A stretch of 64,000 bases of DNA from a virus. Lineage: Duplodnaviria; Caudoviricetes. Within the stretch, counting starts at the first letter, position 1, and each line of letters opens with the position of its first letter. The notes beneath the pieces are model-generated. The model was not told where the DNA came from and made no database searches. It saw only the letters and a list, made by a program, of their open reading frames with translations. The stretch lies in IMG/VR virus record IMGVR_UViG_3300025018_000091. One strand, 5' to 3'. The position numbers and the translations under genes are program-made. Shown piece after piece: positions 1 through 9,264 of this stretch.

Positions 1-204
1 CTCACAAAAGTCTTCTAACACTTCGAAACAAAGGACCAATAATAGATCTGCCTCATATGAATGGTACGGGGTAAGCTCCCAATAACCAACCAAATAATTA
101 TATGCCGTTGATTGAGACGCAGTTAATTTAGTCTCAGTTATTGGTACTGAGAGATCATCAACCTTAATAAGCAAAGCTTCTATTTCTTCTTTTGACTTAG
201 ACAT
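1..204 (-). CDS. hypothetical protein, runs off the window edge
   Basis: ATG at 204, open to position 1 (MSKSKEEIEALLIKVDDL...), translated by hand. Confidence 0.6.
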   Translation of the reverse strand, partial: MSKSKEEIEALLIKVDDLSVPITETKLTASQSTAYNYLVGYWELTPYHSYEADLLLVLCFEVLEDFCE

Positions 205-313
205 TTTTGAGATATTCCTTATACAAGGCAACAGTCTTTTGATTGATAGCTTTACGAGCTTCCTTGCTATCAACAATTTCTCCCTTACCTTCACGCAAGA
301 CATCTTCCAACAT
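197..313 (-). CDS. small hypothetical protein (MLEDVLREGKGEIVDSKEARKAIN...)
   Basis: protein-like 3' part of track ORF 197..547; ATG at 313; fills the gap between neighbours. Confidence 0.4.
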   Translation of the reverse strand: MLEDVLREGKGEIVDSKEARKAINQKTVALYKEYLKNV

Positions 314-560
314 AGCTGCAATGATGAGTTGCAGCAACAGTATAGATTGCATCATCTTCATCTGTACAAAGGATGATATCCTCGGTAAACAAAGACTCCC
401 ACCCATCATCATCATAAACAACACCAGTAAATTGAACTTCACAGATTGTATCGTCATTTTCAGGAAGGCGAATAACCTTTGCATACAACCAACCACTATC
501 AACAGCATCTGTTGCAACCGTATCACCAACATTAACTTCAGAACCAAATCGATCTTTCAT
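291..560 (-). CDS. hypothetical protein
   Basis: track ORF, acidic phage-like composition, co-directional packing. Confidence 0.65.
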   Translation of the reverse strand: MKDRFGSEVNVGDTVATDAVDSGWLYAKVIRLPENDDTICEVQFTGVVYDDDGWESLFTEDIILCTDEDDAIYTVAATHHCSYVGRCLA

Positions 561-568
561 GTTTTACC

Positions 569-766
569 TCATTGACTGGATAGAAACCCACCATCAACAC
601 TATTACCACGAATCATTAGGACAACCGTCTTACCATCTTTTGTAAGAGTATAGTTCTCACCCTCGCCAAGATCCTCATAGGTAATGGAATCAACTCCAGT
701 TACATCAACTATTCGTTGCATCATCTTCCAATGATTATCAGAAGCTGCATTTACAATCTTAGTCAT
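569..766 (-). CDS. hypothetical protein
   Basis: track ORF with GGAG upstream. Confidence 0.7.
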   Translation of the reverse strand: MTKIVNAASDNHWKMMQRIVDVTGVDSITYEDLGEGENYTLTKDGKTVVLMIRGNSVDGGFLSSQ

Positions 767-776
767 GTTAAACTCC

Positions 777-968
777 TTAATGGATTACGGCTTTTGTGAC
801 CTTTAGATTATCAATCTCTACACATACAACATCTCCACAACCTTCGCCATCTGGATATTCAAAGAATTCCTTATCTCCAATTCGGATAAGGCGGAAAATC
901 AAATTCATTCTATCAGCAAGATTTTGTGCATCTTTCTTGCCAAGACCAATAAATTGTTCAGAATTCAT
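777..968 (-). CDS. hypothetical protein
   Basis: track ORF with GGAG upstream. Confidence 0.7.
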   Translation of the reverse strand: MNSEQFIGLGKKDAQNLADRMNLIFRLIRIGDKEFFEYPDGEGCGDVVCVEIDNLKVTKAVIH

Positions 969-1088
969 TTTTTATTCTCCTTTTCTTTTTTCTCAAATAG
1001 AGATATAATAAATCCGGCACTATAACATAACGAATTGATTATAGTTAATTTTGCAAATAGTTTTATCTCTTGATAAGTTGCAGAGTCA

Positions 1089-1304
1089 TCAAGGATATGT
1101 GTCATCTTCTTTTTCATTTTCCACCCAGTTACTTATACCACAAACTGGGCATCTCCAGTAAACTTTTCCAATTTCATCTGGATCATAGTCACAGTCATAT
1201 GGTCCAGGAGGACCAATTTTGCTCATCTCATGTTTGAACATTTCAACTATGCTCCCACAACGATTACAAGTCTTACGAAAAGATCCTTTAGAAATTACTT
1301 TCAT
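1089..1304 (-). CDS. small zinc-ribbon protein
   Basis: CNRC and CPVC motifs. Confidence 0.65.
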   Translation of the reverse strand: MKVISKGSFRKTCNRCGSIVEMFKHEMSKIGPPGPYDCDYDPDEIGKVYWRCPVCGISNWVENEKEDDTYP

Positions 1305-1368
1305 TTAATTTTATCCCGCCTATTACTATTTTGATATACTTGACAGATATAACAATAAAGACTACAAA

Positions 1369-2166
1369 ATGTATAGAAAATATCCAATCAACGAATCATT
1401 TTTCGATTCAGTCGACACTCCAGATAAAGCTTATTTTCTTGGAATTTTATATGCCGATGGATGGAATCAACCAAACAAAAATTCAGTAAAGATACAGCTT
1501 TCTGGAGCTGATAAAGAGATATTAATAAAACTTATCAAGTTAATTTATCCTAATGGAAAACCATTATATACTAGACGAGCAAGAGAATTATACATAAATG
1601 GAAATAAAACTTTTGGGCAAGAAGCTTTTACATTAGAAATATGTAACAAACATATTAGCAATTTACTTGCTACTTATGGAATGGTTCCAGCTAAAAGTTC
1701 AATACTAGAATATCCTAAATGGATGTCACCATCTTTAACATCACATTTTATTAGGGGCTATTTTGATGGTGATGGAAGTATATCTTTAACAAAGAAGAAT
1801 CAAATAGCTATAAAAATCATAGGGTCTAATATCTTTTGCCAACAAATTAAAGACATACTAGAGAAAAAAGATATTAAATGTGTAATAAGTAAAGCTGGTC
1901 GCTCTAATAAAGTTAAAGTCGTAGATATTCACGGTAATATTGTGGGAAGAAAATTTTTAGATTGGATCTATCATGACACAGAACTGTATCTTAAAAGAAA
2001 GTATTTAAAATCACAAGAGATATTGAATCTTATTCCAGCAGAGTTACCAACTACATGTTCAATATGTGACGCGCCATATTATGGATGTGGATATTGTAAA
2101 AAACACAAATATGAGTTCATTGGAAAACAAAAACGTCATGAACGCTATTTACGCGAAGGAAAATAA
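1369..2166 (+). CDS. free-standing LAGLIDADG homing endonuclease
   Basis: AYFLGILYADG and FIRGYFDGDGSI helices; antisense to neighbours; C-terminal Cys cluster. Confidence 0.9.
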   Translation: MYRKYPINESFFDSVDTPDKAYFLGILYADGWNQPNKNSVKIQLSGADKEILIKLIKLIYPNGKPLYTRRARELYINGNKTFGQEAFTLEICNKHISNLLATYGMVPAKSSILEYPKWMSPSLTSHFIRGYFDGDGSISLTKKNQIAIKIIGSNIFCQQIKDILEKKDIKCVISKAGRSNKVKVVDIHGNIVGRKFLDWIYHDTELYLKRKYLKSQEILNLIPAELPTTCSICDAPYYGCGYCKKHKYEFIGKQKRHERYLREGK

Positions 2167-3152
2167 TCTGGGTGATATTCTCTAAACAACGAATTATACT
2201 TTGAACATACGTCCAAACAATTAGCACGGCATATAGGATCTTGCAAAGAATTGTGAGTTAATGCCCAACTCTTACGTTCAGACCTCATGTTTGGTCCAAC
2301 CACGCCAATAGGATTACAGTGTTCTCTAAAAGCTATAATACATGGATAGTGCTTATCTCCAACTATTACAGAATCATCAAAAGCTAATCCACAAATAGGA
2401 GAATCAGTATCTTTCAATCCTCTAACGTGTTCCCCATTTACAAAAGATTTAGCTCTAAATTTTAGAATCGGATGACGATCCAATATATCATTTTTGATGA
2501 TAGATAATCCTTCTGCCGGTTTGTTATATTGGGCAGAAGGAATTACTCTAATATCAGCAACCCCCAACTCATCAGCAAAATTAATAATATCTACAGTTTT
2601 CTGAACATTATCTGGCGTCAAAACAATCCCTACGGTTACATAGGTTAGCTTAGAAAGCTCTCTAATATTATGGGATATTACATCAAATGATCCTTTAATT
2701 CCTCCAGACATAAATTCAACATCTTCTGCACAGCAACCATCCAAACTAATAGAATAATCATTCACACCAAGAGCAATTAATTCTTTATACAAAGATAGTT
2801 TATTGGATCCATTTGTAGAGATGGCAATTCTCTTGATACCTTTAGATGAGGAATAAGAAACAATTTCTCTTATATTTTTATGAAGAGTTGGTTCTCCACC
2901 TGAAAATCTAATGTTTTCTAAAGGTTGCCCTTCGCACCAATAATCAATTCCACACTTAATAGCATTAAATGACATTTGTCGAACATTGGTATTATTCCAG
3001 ACAGAAGGATCAAATTTTCTACAATATGAACATTGGAAATTACAATACTCAGTAATGATCATTTCGCAGCGTTTCATCTGAGAAGTCTCAGACGTATTGC
3101 GTGCACGCTCATTAGACAGAGTATAGAATCCAATGTTCTTCAATTCTTCCAT
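2145..3152 (-). CDS. radical SAM protein
   Basis: CxxxCxxC (CNFQCSYC), FSGGEPTLH, ISTNGS; C-terminal CRANCLDVC. Confidence 0.9.
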   Translation of the reverse strand: MEELKNIGFYTLSNERARNTSETSQMKRCEMIITEYCNFQCSYCRKFDPSVWNNTNVRQMSFNAIKCGIDYWCEGQPLENIRFSGGEPTLHKNIREIVSYSSSKGIKRIAISTNGSNKLSLYKELIALGVNDYSISLDGCCAEDVEFMSGGIKGSFDVISHNIRELSKLTYVTVGIVLTPDNVQKTVDIINFADELGVADIRVIPSAQYNKPAEGLSIIKNDILDRHPILKFRAKSFVNGEHVRGLKDTDSPICGLAFDDSVIVGDKHYPCIIAFREHCNPIGVVGPNMRSERKSWALTHNSLQDPICRANCLDVCSKYNSLFREYHPDYFPSRK

Positions 3153-3164
3153 GACAAAATTCCT

Positions 3165-3425
3165 TTATAGTTTTCCTACTTTAGGATATTCAGGTATTAC
3201 GACCGGACTATAATCACTACTAGGAGGACACGGTTCACTTGAACGGGATAATCCTTCTGGCAACTTCTTAGCCAGAAGCTCATTTTCTAAATCCTCAACC
3301 CTTTTTACCAAAGATGCAAAGCAATCATAGATATTGGCATGGTTTATGAATTTTCCGGTAAACAAATCTTCATTTAAAGATTGTTTACAATGTGGACATT
3401 TAGGCAGGATTTTTCTCATCGTCAT
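3165..3425 (-). CDS. hypothetical protein with CxxC
   Basis: track ORF, CPHC. Confidence 0.6.
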   Translation of the reverse strand: MTMRKILPKCPHCKQSLNEDLFTGKFINHANIYDCFASLVKRVEDLENELLAKKLPEGLSRSSEPCPPSSDYSPVVIPEYPKVGKL

Positions 3426-3588
3426 CTTCTTTTACCTCATCAATAGGTTCAGTAGAAGAAGAATCATTATCTATCTCTTCAACAATCTCGCCTACTGTAT
3501 CAATTATTCTGCCTCTATTGAATCCTGCACAGCCAACAACAAATAACATACAAAAAGCTGCCGCAACCTTACGAATTACATTCTTCAT
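3400..3588 (-). CDS. small lipoprotein
   Basis: MKNVIRKVAAAFCMLFVVGC lipobox-type signal; start re-set to 3588. Confidence 0.6.
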   Translation of the reverse strand: MKNVIRKVAAAFCMLFVVGCAGFNRGRIIDTVGEIVEEIDNDSSSTEPIDEVKEDDDEKNPA

Positions 3589-3829
3589 CTTCCTCAATTC
3601 CTTCTTCAAAAAAATCATATTCACAGCAAGGAAGTAATCTTCCTTGCTCATCTTTATATTGGACAAATTCTTCGCCGGTCTCATCTAAAATAAGCCTGCC
3701 CTCTTCATCACAATCGATATTGCAAGAGCAGCCTCTTGGAACGCAGTCATCGCAATAGTTTCCATTACTATCACTTGGCATGTATATCCAAGTTGCTAAA
3801 GCATTGCATACCATACATTTTGTTTTCAT
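3569..3829 (-). CDS. Cys-rich acidic hypothetical protein
   Basis: track ORF, several Cys pairs. Confidence 0.65.
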   Translation of the reverse strand: MKTKCMVCNALATWIYMPSDSNGNYCDDCVPRGCSCNIDCDEEGRLILDETGEEFVQYKDEQGRLLPCCEYDFFEEGIEEDEECNS

Positions 3830-3852
3830 TTAATTCTCTTTAGATGAGTTTG

Positions 3853-4068
3853 TTAAAACTCCAAATTTTCATCTTCTTCTGAAATAGAAAGATTATCAAC
3901 AGACATATCGGATGAGTCAAAATGAATTGTAATTAATCCATCAATCATTCCTCTTGCCCTTGCAACAGCTATATTCTCAGCCTCTTCAAAATCATCCGCT
4001 TCTACTGTGACGTTGAATGTGTAACGTTTAACTACATCTCCAACTATAAAGTATTTAGGCATTTTCAA
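3853..4068 (-). CDS. hypothetical protein
   Basis: track ORF. Confidence 0.65.
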   Translation of the reverse strand: MKMPKYFIVGDVVKRYTFNVTVEADDFEEAENIAVARARGMIDGLITIHFDSSDMSVDNLSISEEDENLEF

Positions 4069-4256
4069 TCTTCTTTTTCTAAAGAGGAAAGTTTCTCATA
4101 ATCTTTTTTAATTTTTATTGTGAAACGTTTAATAATTGGATAACTTATTGTGTAACGAACAATAAATGCACTAATTGACCAAATTAGTGTATAAACAATT
4201 CCTTGTAAAAGCCACGTGCCCAACAAAAAATCATCATTAAGTAATCTAATTACCAC
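4065..4256 (-). CDS. membrane protein
   Basis: hydrophobic stretch; start uncertain. Confidence 0.5.
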   Translation of the reverse strand: MVIRLLNDDFLLGTWLLQGIVYTLIWSISAFIVRYTISYPIIKRFTIKIKKDYEKLSSLEKED

Positions 4257-4427
4257 TCCAGTTATAAAGTAACTTACTATAAATGCATAGGTACTAGATA
4301 GGTTCCATAAAAATCGGTTTTATATTCCGAGATAATATATAGAACTACCAATACTAGTGTGAAGATCTGCGATTTGTTTTTGTATATCTTTAGACATTCT
4401 CTTTTTTTGCATTCATGATAGATTTTT

Positions 4428-4643
4428 TTACATGAAGTTAATTTCTTCTTCTGATTGAGTAGTAACTACAGCCTCAACGTGACCATTGGTGGAATTTCTT
4501 ACAACAAGCTGTACAACAAGATCATCCTGGTCCCAAGACATGTCAACATTCTCACGAAGAAAGTATTTAACAGCTTGCACTATTTCAGTGGTATTCAATG
4601 TGATTGTTCTTTTCACTGGTGGTCTCCTATAAGGGCTTACCAT
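4428..4643 (-). CDS. hypothetical protein
   Basis: track ORF. Confidence 0.6.
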   Translation of the reverse strand: MVSPYRRPPVKRTITLNTTEIVQAVKYFLRENVDMSWDQDDLVVQLVVRNSTNGHVEAVVTTQSEEEINFM

Positions 4644-4942
4644 AAGCTTCCTCTTCTTTCAATCCAATCAGCTCTATCGTTAGCTATTTCTCTTTCTTTT
4701 TCTTCTTCTACTAAATCTCTCAAAAATTCTGCCCTAGTTCTTTTATCTTTGACAGGCTTAATCTTCTCTGGTTTTTTGACCTTTTCACTAAATTCTTTTT
4801 TATTGAATTTTGGATTTATGGCTAAGAAAAATTCTGAGAATAGATTTATTATTGTATCAAGATTACTCCCTTCAATAGGAAACCCACCAGATCTTGCATT
4901 TCTAATAAGCTCAATTGCTATTTTATAATCTTTTTTATTCAT
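4637..4942 (-). CDS. hypothetical protein, MxKKDY...NP(K/R)FN family; paralog of 13642..13809
   Basis: MNKKDY start, INPKFNKKEF. Confidence 0.65.
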   Translation of the reverse strand: MNKKDYKIAIELIRNARSGGFPIEGSNLDTIINLFSEFFLAINPKFNKKEFSEKVKKPEKIKPVKDKRTRAEFLRDLVEEEKEREIANDRADWIERRGSLW

Positions 4943-4946
4943 AAAA

Positions 4947-5135
4947 TTATTCCCATTCTGTTTCACCACGAGAGATCATTTTTTTGAAATCTTCAATTTT
5001 TTTATCAAGCTCATCTTTAGTTGGAGGTTTTTGTGGTTCGTATATTATTGAGAATCCTAGTATATCAAAAACAATAGCAGTTATTAAACAATAGCTGCGC
5101 TCTAATTTAGAGAACTTTTTCATTGTATTCTCCAA
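4947..5135 (-). CDS. small membrane protein
   Basis: hydrophobic segment LITAIVFDILGFSII. Confidence 0.55.
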   Translation of the reverse strand: MENTMKKFSKLERSYCLITAIVFDILGFSIIYEPQKPPTKDELDKKIEDFKKMISRGETEWE

Positions 5136-5174
5136 CCTGGATGGTATAATAGGTTTCTACTAATCATCTTTCTA

Positions 5175-6263
5175 TTATTTCTTAAGGTTATAACCCTCCC
5201 CAACTAGTTTAACTTGCATTCTAGATTGCAGTTTTGGTTCAAACCTTTCAACAGCAGTGTTCAAAACAAAACCTTCTCGAACATGCTTTGGATTCAAAGT
5301 GCTAGGTCCCTCAGCATATGGATAAATATTCTCCTTACTTGTCCAAGGACCACGATACAATTCAGGAACTTTCTCCAATCCAATTGAATCCATTATTTTT
5401 ACCCTCTCATCATAGTCCAAATAACGACCGCTCTTAGTATTGAAGATATCAAAGAATCTAACCTTAGTCAAAAGTTGACCTTCCTTTATGACTGTATCAT
5501 AACGGAAACCCTTCACTTGACCATATAGCTCTCCAAAGAATACCATCATAGGATATTTAGCCATCTTGGATTCGAAATCTTCACGTAGTGCTACGTCCCA
5601 CCACATATCATCTTCATCCATCTTCTTATATTGATTGCGGCTTTTAACCCACAATATCTCTCCGTCATGACAGAAAGCTGCGTTACTACCATGTAGCTTT
5701 TCAGTAAGAACAATCTCTTCATTGTCTTGAAGACAAGACAGATATTTGCGCATTCCATCAATATCATAATGAGGAATCATCCATCCCTTTGGAGCTTTTC
5801 CTGCCCCGTTCCCTTTACCTTTTTTAATCTGGACATTCTCTTCTTCATCCTCTTCCCATTTCTTCAGGTCAAGCAATTCAACAAGAGAATCACCTTCCTT
5901 CATTCCTGTAACAGGATGAAGCATTCCTTGAGAATATACTCCACGAATTTTCTTTGCTTTCAGAATGCGATATTTCTCGGGAACTTCACCTACAGGATAC
6001 TTAGGTCCAGCTTGACGTTTCTCAATGTTCCCATTCTCATCTTCAAAGCTTTCATATGCCATTGGGCAAAGGAAATGAAAGCCCTCAGTATCAGGAACAA
6101 TTGTATCAATTGGGAGGTAACCAATCAAATCATTGATCTTAAGGTCAACCATATTGGTAATGACCGGGTAGTCACCAAGAACGGTGACAATGATCAAACG
6201 GTCAGCACCAGGATGCTTCTCTATCTTTTCAATACGTACTACAGATGGATTCCAATCGCTCAT
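5175..6263 (-). CDS. ATP-dependent RNA ligase (DRB0094-like architecture)
   Basis: N-terminal IEKHPGADRL; nucleotidyltransferase motifs TEKLHGSN, FGELYG, REGFVL, KLV. Confidence 0.85.
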   Translation of the reverse strand: MSDWNPSVVRIEKIEKHPGADRLIIVTVLGDYPVITNMVDLKINDLIGYLPIDTIVPDTEGFHFLCPMAYESFEDENGNIEKRQAGPKYPVGEVPEKYRILKAKKIRGVYSQGMLHPVTGMKEGDSLVELLDLKKWEEDEEENVQIKKGKGNGAGKAPKGWMIPHYDIDGMRKYLSCLQDNEEIVLTEKLHGSNAAFCHDGEILWVKSRNQYKKMDEDDMWWDVALREDFESKMAKYPMMVFFGELYGQVKGFRYDTVIKEGQLLTKVRFFDIFNTKSGRYLDYDERVKIMDSIGLEKVPELYRGPWTSKENIYPYAEGPSTLNPKHVREGFVLNTAVERFEPKLQSRMQVKLVGEGYNLKK

Positions 6264-6277
6264 TATTTATCTCCAAA

Positions 6278-6589
6278 TCATATGAAAACTATAAGTTTTG
6301 ACAACTTCAAAAGAAACTTATCAATACTTTGTTTTGCTTCCTCCAAAGAATCAAACTCTATTTCTTTAAAACCTAATTGATAATATTCTCTAGCAAATAT
6401 ATCTCTTTGAAAGAAAATTTGATATCTAATAATATCTTCTGCTCCATCGAAATATGGATGATCAATAAATATATTTAGATACTCTATATCTGAGTTTCTT
6501 TTTCCATATCTAAAACCTATTCTTCTATAGGTTTTATATGGATCAGTTACCCAGTTATGTATTTCATATTTGCCGAGCTTATACATCAC
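6278..6589 (-). CDS. hypothetical protein with array-type C-terminal tail
   Basis: ends KFLLKLSKLIVFI*. Confidence 0.7.
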   Translation of the reverse strand: MMYKLGKYEIHNWVTDPYKTYRRIGFRYGKRNSDIEYLNIFIDHPYFDGAEDIIRYQIFFQRDIFAREYYQLGFKEIEFDSLEEAKQSIDKFLLKLSKLIVFI

Positions 6590-6639
6590 AAGAAAACTTT
6601 TAAGTTTTCGCTTCTACGAATTGTTTTATTACAATCATT

Positions 6640-6717
6640 TGGTAGGGACGCCGGGAATTGAACCCGTTTTAGAACCTTATAAGGATTCCTAGGAAGACCA
6701 TTCCTAACCCGCTCCCC
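6640..6717 (-). tRNA. tRNA-Ile(UAU), somewhat non-canonical
   Basis: anticodon arm GAATC-CTTATAA-GGTTC, T-loop TTCAATT, encoded CCA; imperfect acceptor stem. Confidence 0.65.
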
Positions 6718-6718
6718 A

Positions 6719-7168
6719 TTACGAGAAAATAATTAGATTAATTATCCTTTTTGCAATAACTCTAAATTGCGACAAAGTTAAGTCTTTATATTTTGTATCG
6801 TTACTATTTCCATAGTAAATGTCATACATTTTATCACGATATTCTACTTCATACCCAGAAGAATATAACATATAACACAGATAATCTACGCTATTTTTTA
6901 GTTTAGGAAATTCTTTTAAGATATTCCAATCTTCTCCAACTTGGATATGACGTGTAGATGGAACATATACCATATTACTCCACCCTTTTTTTGAATAAGC
7001 AGATGGATGATATATCATCCTCCCACCACTTGTTTCATAAAAAAACGAAACACCATATAATGTGGGCGGGGAATTGCCAGTAACTAATTCTATTGGATAG
7101 AATTTACCATTACAATACTCTCTAATTTTAGATTGGAAAGATGACAGCAAAAGTATATCTTTATTCAT
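6719..7168 (-). CDS. hypothetical protein with array-type C-terminal tail
   Basis: ends KRIINLIIFS*; flanked by a 40-nt direct repeat. Confidence 0.7.
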   Translation of the reverse strand: MNKDILLLSSFQSKIREYCNGKFYPIELVTGNSPPTLYGVSFFYETSGGRMIYHPSAYSKKGWSNMVYVPSTRHIQVGEDWNILKEFPKLKNSVDYLCYMLYSSGYEVEYRDKMYDIYYGNSNDTKYKDLTLSQFRVIAKRIINLIIFS

Positions 7169-7197
7169 ATTGGTTTATTCTGCTCAATAAAGATTAA

Positions 7198-7237
7198 AAG
7201 GATTCTTAGGAAGACTATTCCTAACCCGCTTCCCATT
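7198..7237 (-). repeat. copy of the 5' half of tRNA-Ile (direct repeat of 6681..6720)
   Basis: 37/40 identical by manual alignment. Confidence 0.85.
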
Positions 7238-7239
7238 TC

Positions 7240-7434
7240 TCACGCTCTATATGAATAGCCTACTATAATCTTATCAGCATAGGCTTTGTAACTATATCTA
7301 AAGATTTCTTCTTTTATATCGCCATAACAATCAACAAGTGCCTTGACTTGCCAACAACAGATTTCATCTGTAACAATCTGAGTAGGTCCTTCTACAATCT
7401 TAACCACAACATGTTCTAATGTATTCATTTCCAT
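7240..7434 (-). CDS. hypothetical protein
   Basis: track ORF. Confidence 0.65.
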   Translation of the reverse strand: MEMNTLEHVVVKIVEGPTQIVTDEICCWQVKALVDCYGDIKEEIFRYSYKAYADKIIVGYSYRA

Positions 7435-7474
7435 TTTCCCTTACGTTTACACTTAGTGTAGCGCATTGGCTTTT

Positions 7475-7927
7475 CTAGTATAGATTGATTAGTTTTACCT
7501 TACGCTTGTATTCCTTATCGTCCTTTGCCTCTAGTTGCTTACCCTGATAAAAGTAATGTTTTGTTCCATCAGCAAAGATTCTAGCAGGACCATCTTTCCT
7601 ATGATAAAGATCCTTCCACAACCAATCTTCCCCACCATCAGGATAAATGATACTTGGTCCTTCCTTACGACCAAGATGACCATTCGTCCACCATTCTTTA
7701 TATCCTGTTTTCGGATTAATTACAGAAAAATCATCCGCCCTACCCTTCACCCCATTTGTGAAATAGACCTCCGTACCATCAGACAGAATTAATGCAGGAC
7801 CATTTTCTCTAAATGGAACTGCACCATAATTATCTGTCCCGTCGGGAGCGGCTGCTAAGTAATATTCTCTACTTCCATCTGGATTGAATTTGGTATATTT
7901 AAATGATGGCATGTTGCAATTATTCAC
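7475..7927 (-). CDS. beta-hairpin repeat protein (HRxDGPA-type repeats)
   Basis: repeats FRENGPALI, GRKEGPSII, HRKDGPARI; ends KRKVKLINLY*. Confidence 0.75.
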   Translation of the reverse strand: MNNCNMPSFKYTKFNPDGSREYYLAAAPDGTDNYGAVPFRENGPALILSDGTEVYFTNGVKGRADDFSVINPKTGYKEWWTNGHLGRKEGPSIIYPDGGEDWLWKDLYHRKDGPARIFADGTKHYFYQGKQLEAKDDKEYKRKVKLINLY

Positions 7928-8363
7928 ATTCTTTTAAACAAAGAGTTTGAATTTCATCACATTCATTAATGCATGACAAATGACAATTTGTTTTGCTTAT
8001 ACAATCTTTTCTAGAGGAGAAACACACTTTTTTACAATCCCAAGATTCTTTTAATTTATTAGTTCTATTAACTAATTCATCCATTTCATTATTAAACTCA
8101 CGAGCGCGCTCTTCTTGTTCTTTTTTGTATAGAGAATAAGCATCATTACAAGCCTTAATACTGCCAGCATTTTTAATGCAATTTTTGGATTGTTCCGCAC
8201 ACATATCTGATAAACCTGGAGTTATTGATTGGCAAATTAAACCATTATTATTATCACATTTATGAATACAATCTTGATAAAGATCTGTATTTTTATGAAA
8301 ACAACCACTTGCAGTCAAGATTACTATATATAGGACACAGTACGCCATATATGTTTTGTACAT
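7920..8363 (-). CDS. Cys-rich exported protein or lipoprotein
   Basis: hydrophobic N-terminus ending ASGC; many CxxxC. Confidence 0.65.
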   Translation of the reverse strand: MYKTYMAYCVLYIVILTASGCFHKNTDLYQDCIHKCDNNNGLICQSITPGLSDMCAEQSKNCIKNAGSIKACNDAYSLYKKEQEERAREFNNEMDELVNRTNKLKESWDCKKVCFSSRKDCISKTNCHLSCINECDEIQTLCLKECE

Positions 8364-8387
8364 TTATTCATCATATTCTAATTATTT

Positions 8388-9209
8388 TTAATGCCTTTTT
8401 CTACCAATGCCATCTAACCAATTTTGTTTGGCACTTAATGGTCTTAAGTTACTTAAAGCCCAACATTTTTTAAAACTGCCATCTTCAACTGAAGAGTAAG
8501 AAAAAGTTGAGTTGGGTATGATATGATCTATTTGCCAAGTCCAAGTTGATTTATCATTGTCATTCCAAGTATGTTTGTTGTATCTTCCTTGATTAGACCA
8601 ATTCATCCATGACTCAAACTGTTTTTCTATATGAATCTTAAGTTCATCCAATGAGTAACCAAGAAAAGAAAATGTTGGTTTATTATGTTTTGATAATTTA
8701 TTCTTTTTTAAAGAATATCGAAACATGTTTCCAAAATATTCTTTGAATTTAAAGATTGGATCGGTTGCTAACTTATTAGCTTTATACTTCTTACGAGATT
8801 CTTTTATTTTATCATGATTCGCTTCAGCATATTTTTGTCGAGCTTTACGATAACACTCTTTTCCCTCTGGAGTAGCTGCCCATTCTTTCTTCTTTAAGAA
8901 GAGTTCGTCCTTATGTTGTTCACGATATTCTTTGGAATACTCCTTCATCTCTTCTATATTTTTTAGAGAATATTGCTTGGCATATTCTTTTAATCGTTCT
9001 TTGTTATTTTCGTAGTATTCTTTGTTTTTCTTGCTTATACGATCTTTATTCTTTTCATTTCTAATTTTTGTTTGTTCCTTCCTGGAAACCGCAAAATTTT
9101 TTCTGCAAAAGCGGCACCATATGAACAAACCGTCTTTTTTAGATCTGTCCTTACAGAAATTGTCTATTGATAAATTATTTTTGCATTTAGAACAAATCTT
9201 ACTCTCCAT
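8388..9209 (-). CDS. HNH homing endonuclease
   Basis: N-terminal CSKC..CRFC, charged helical repeats, WQIDHIIP...LSNLRPL. Confidence 0.8.
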   Translation of the reverse strand: MESKICSKCKNNLSIDNFCKDRSKKDGLFIWCRFCRKNFAVSRKEQTKIRNEKNKDRISKKNKEYYENNKERLKEYAKQYSLKNIEEMKEYSKEYREQHKDELFLKKKEWAATPEGKECYRKARQKYAEANHDKIKESRKKYKANKLATDPIFKFKEYFGNMFRYSLKKNKLSKHNKPTFSFLGYSLDELKIHIEKQFESWMNWSNQGRYNKHTWNDNDKSTWTWQIDHIIPNSTFSYSSVEDGSFKKCWALSNLRPLSAKQNWLDGIGRKRH

Positions 9210-9264
9210 AAACCCTCACATTAAACGATGGTACATGTTATATATACCATCGTCTACGGAAAGT

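Noticed and set aside
1369-2166. Group I intron or intein hosting the LAGLIDADG gene
   Set aside because: It is antisense, between two complete genes, with its own start and stop; no interrupted host gene or splice motifs were seen.
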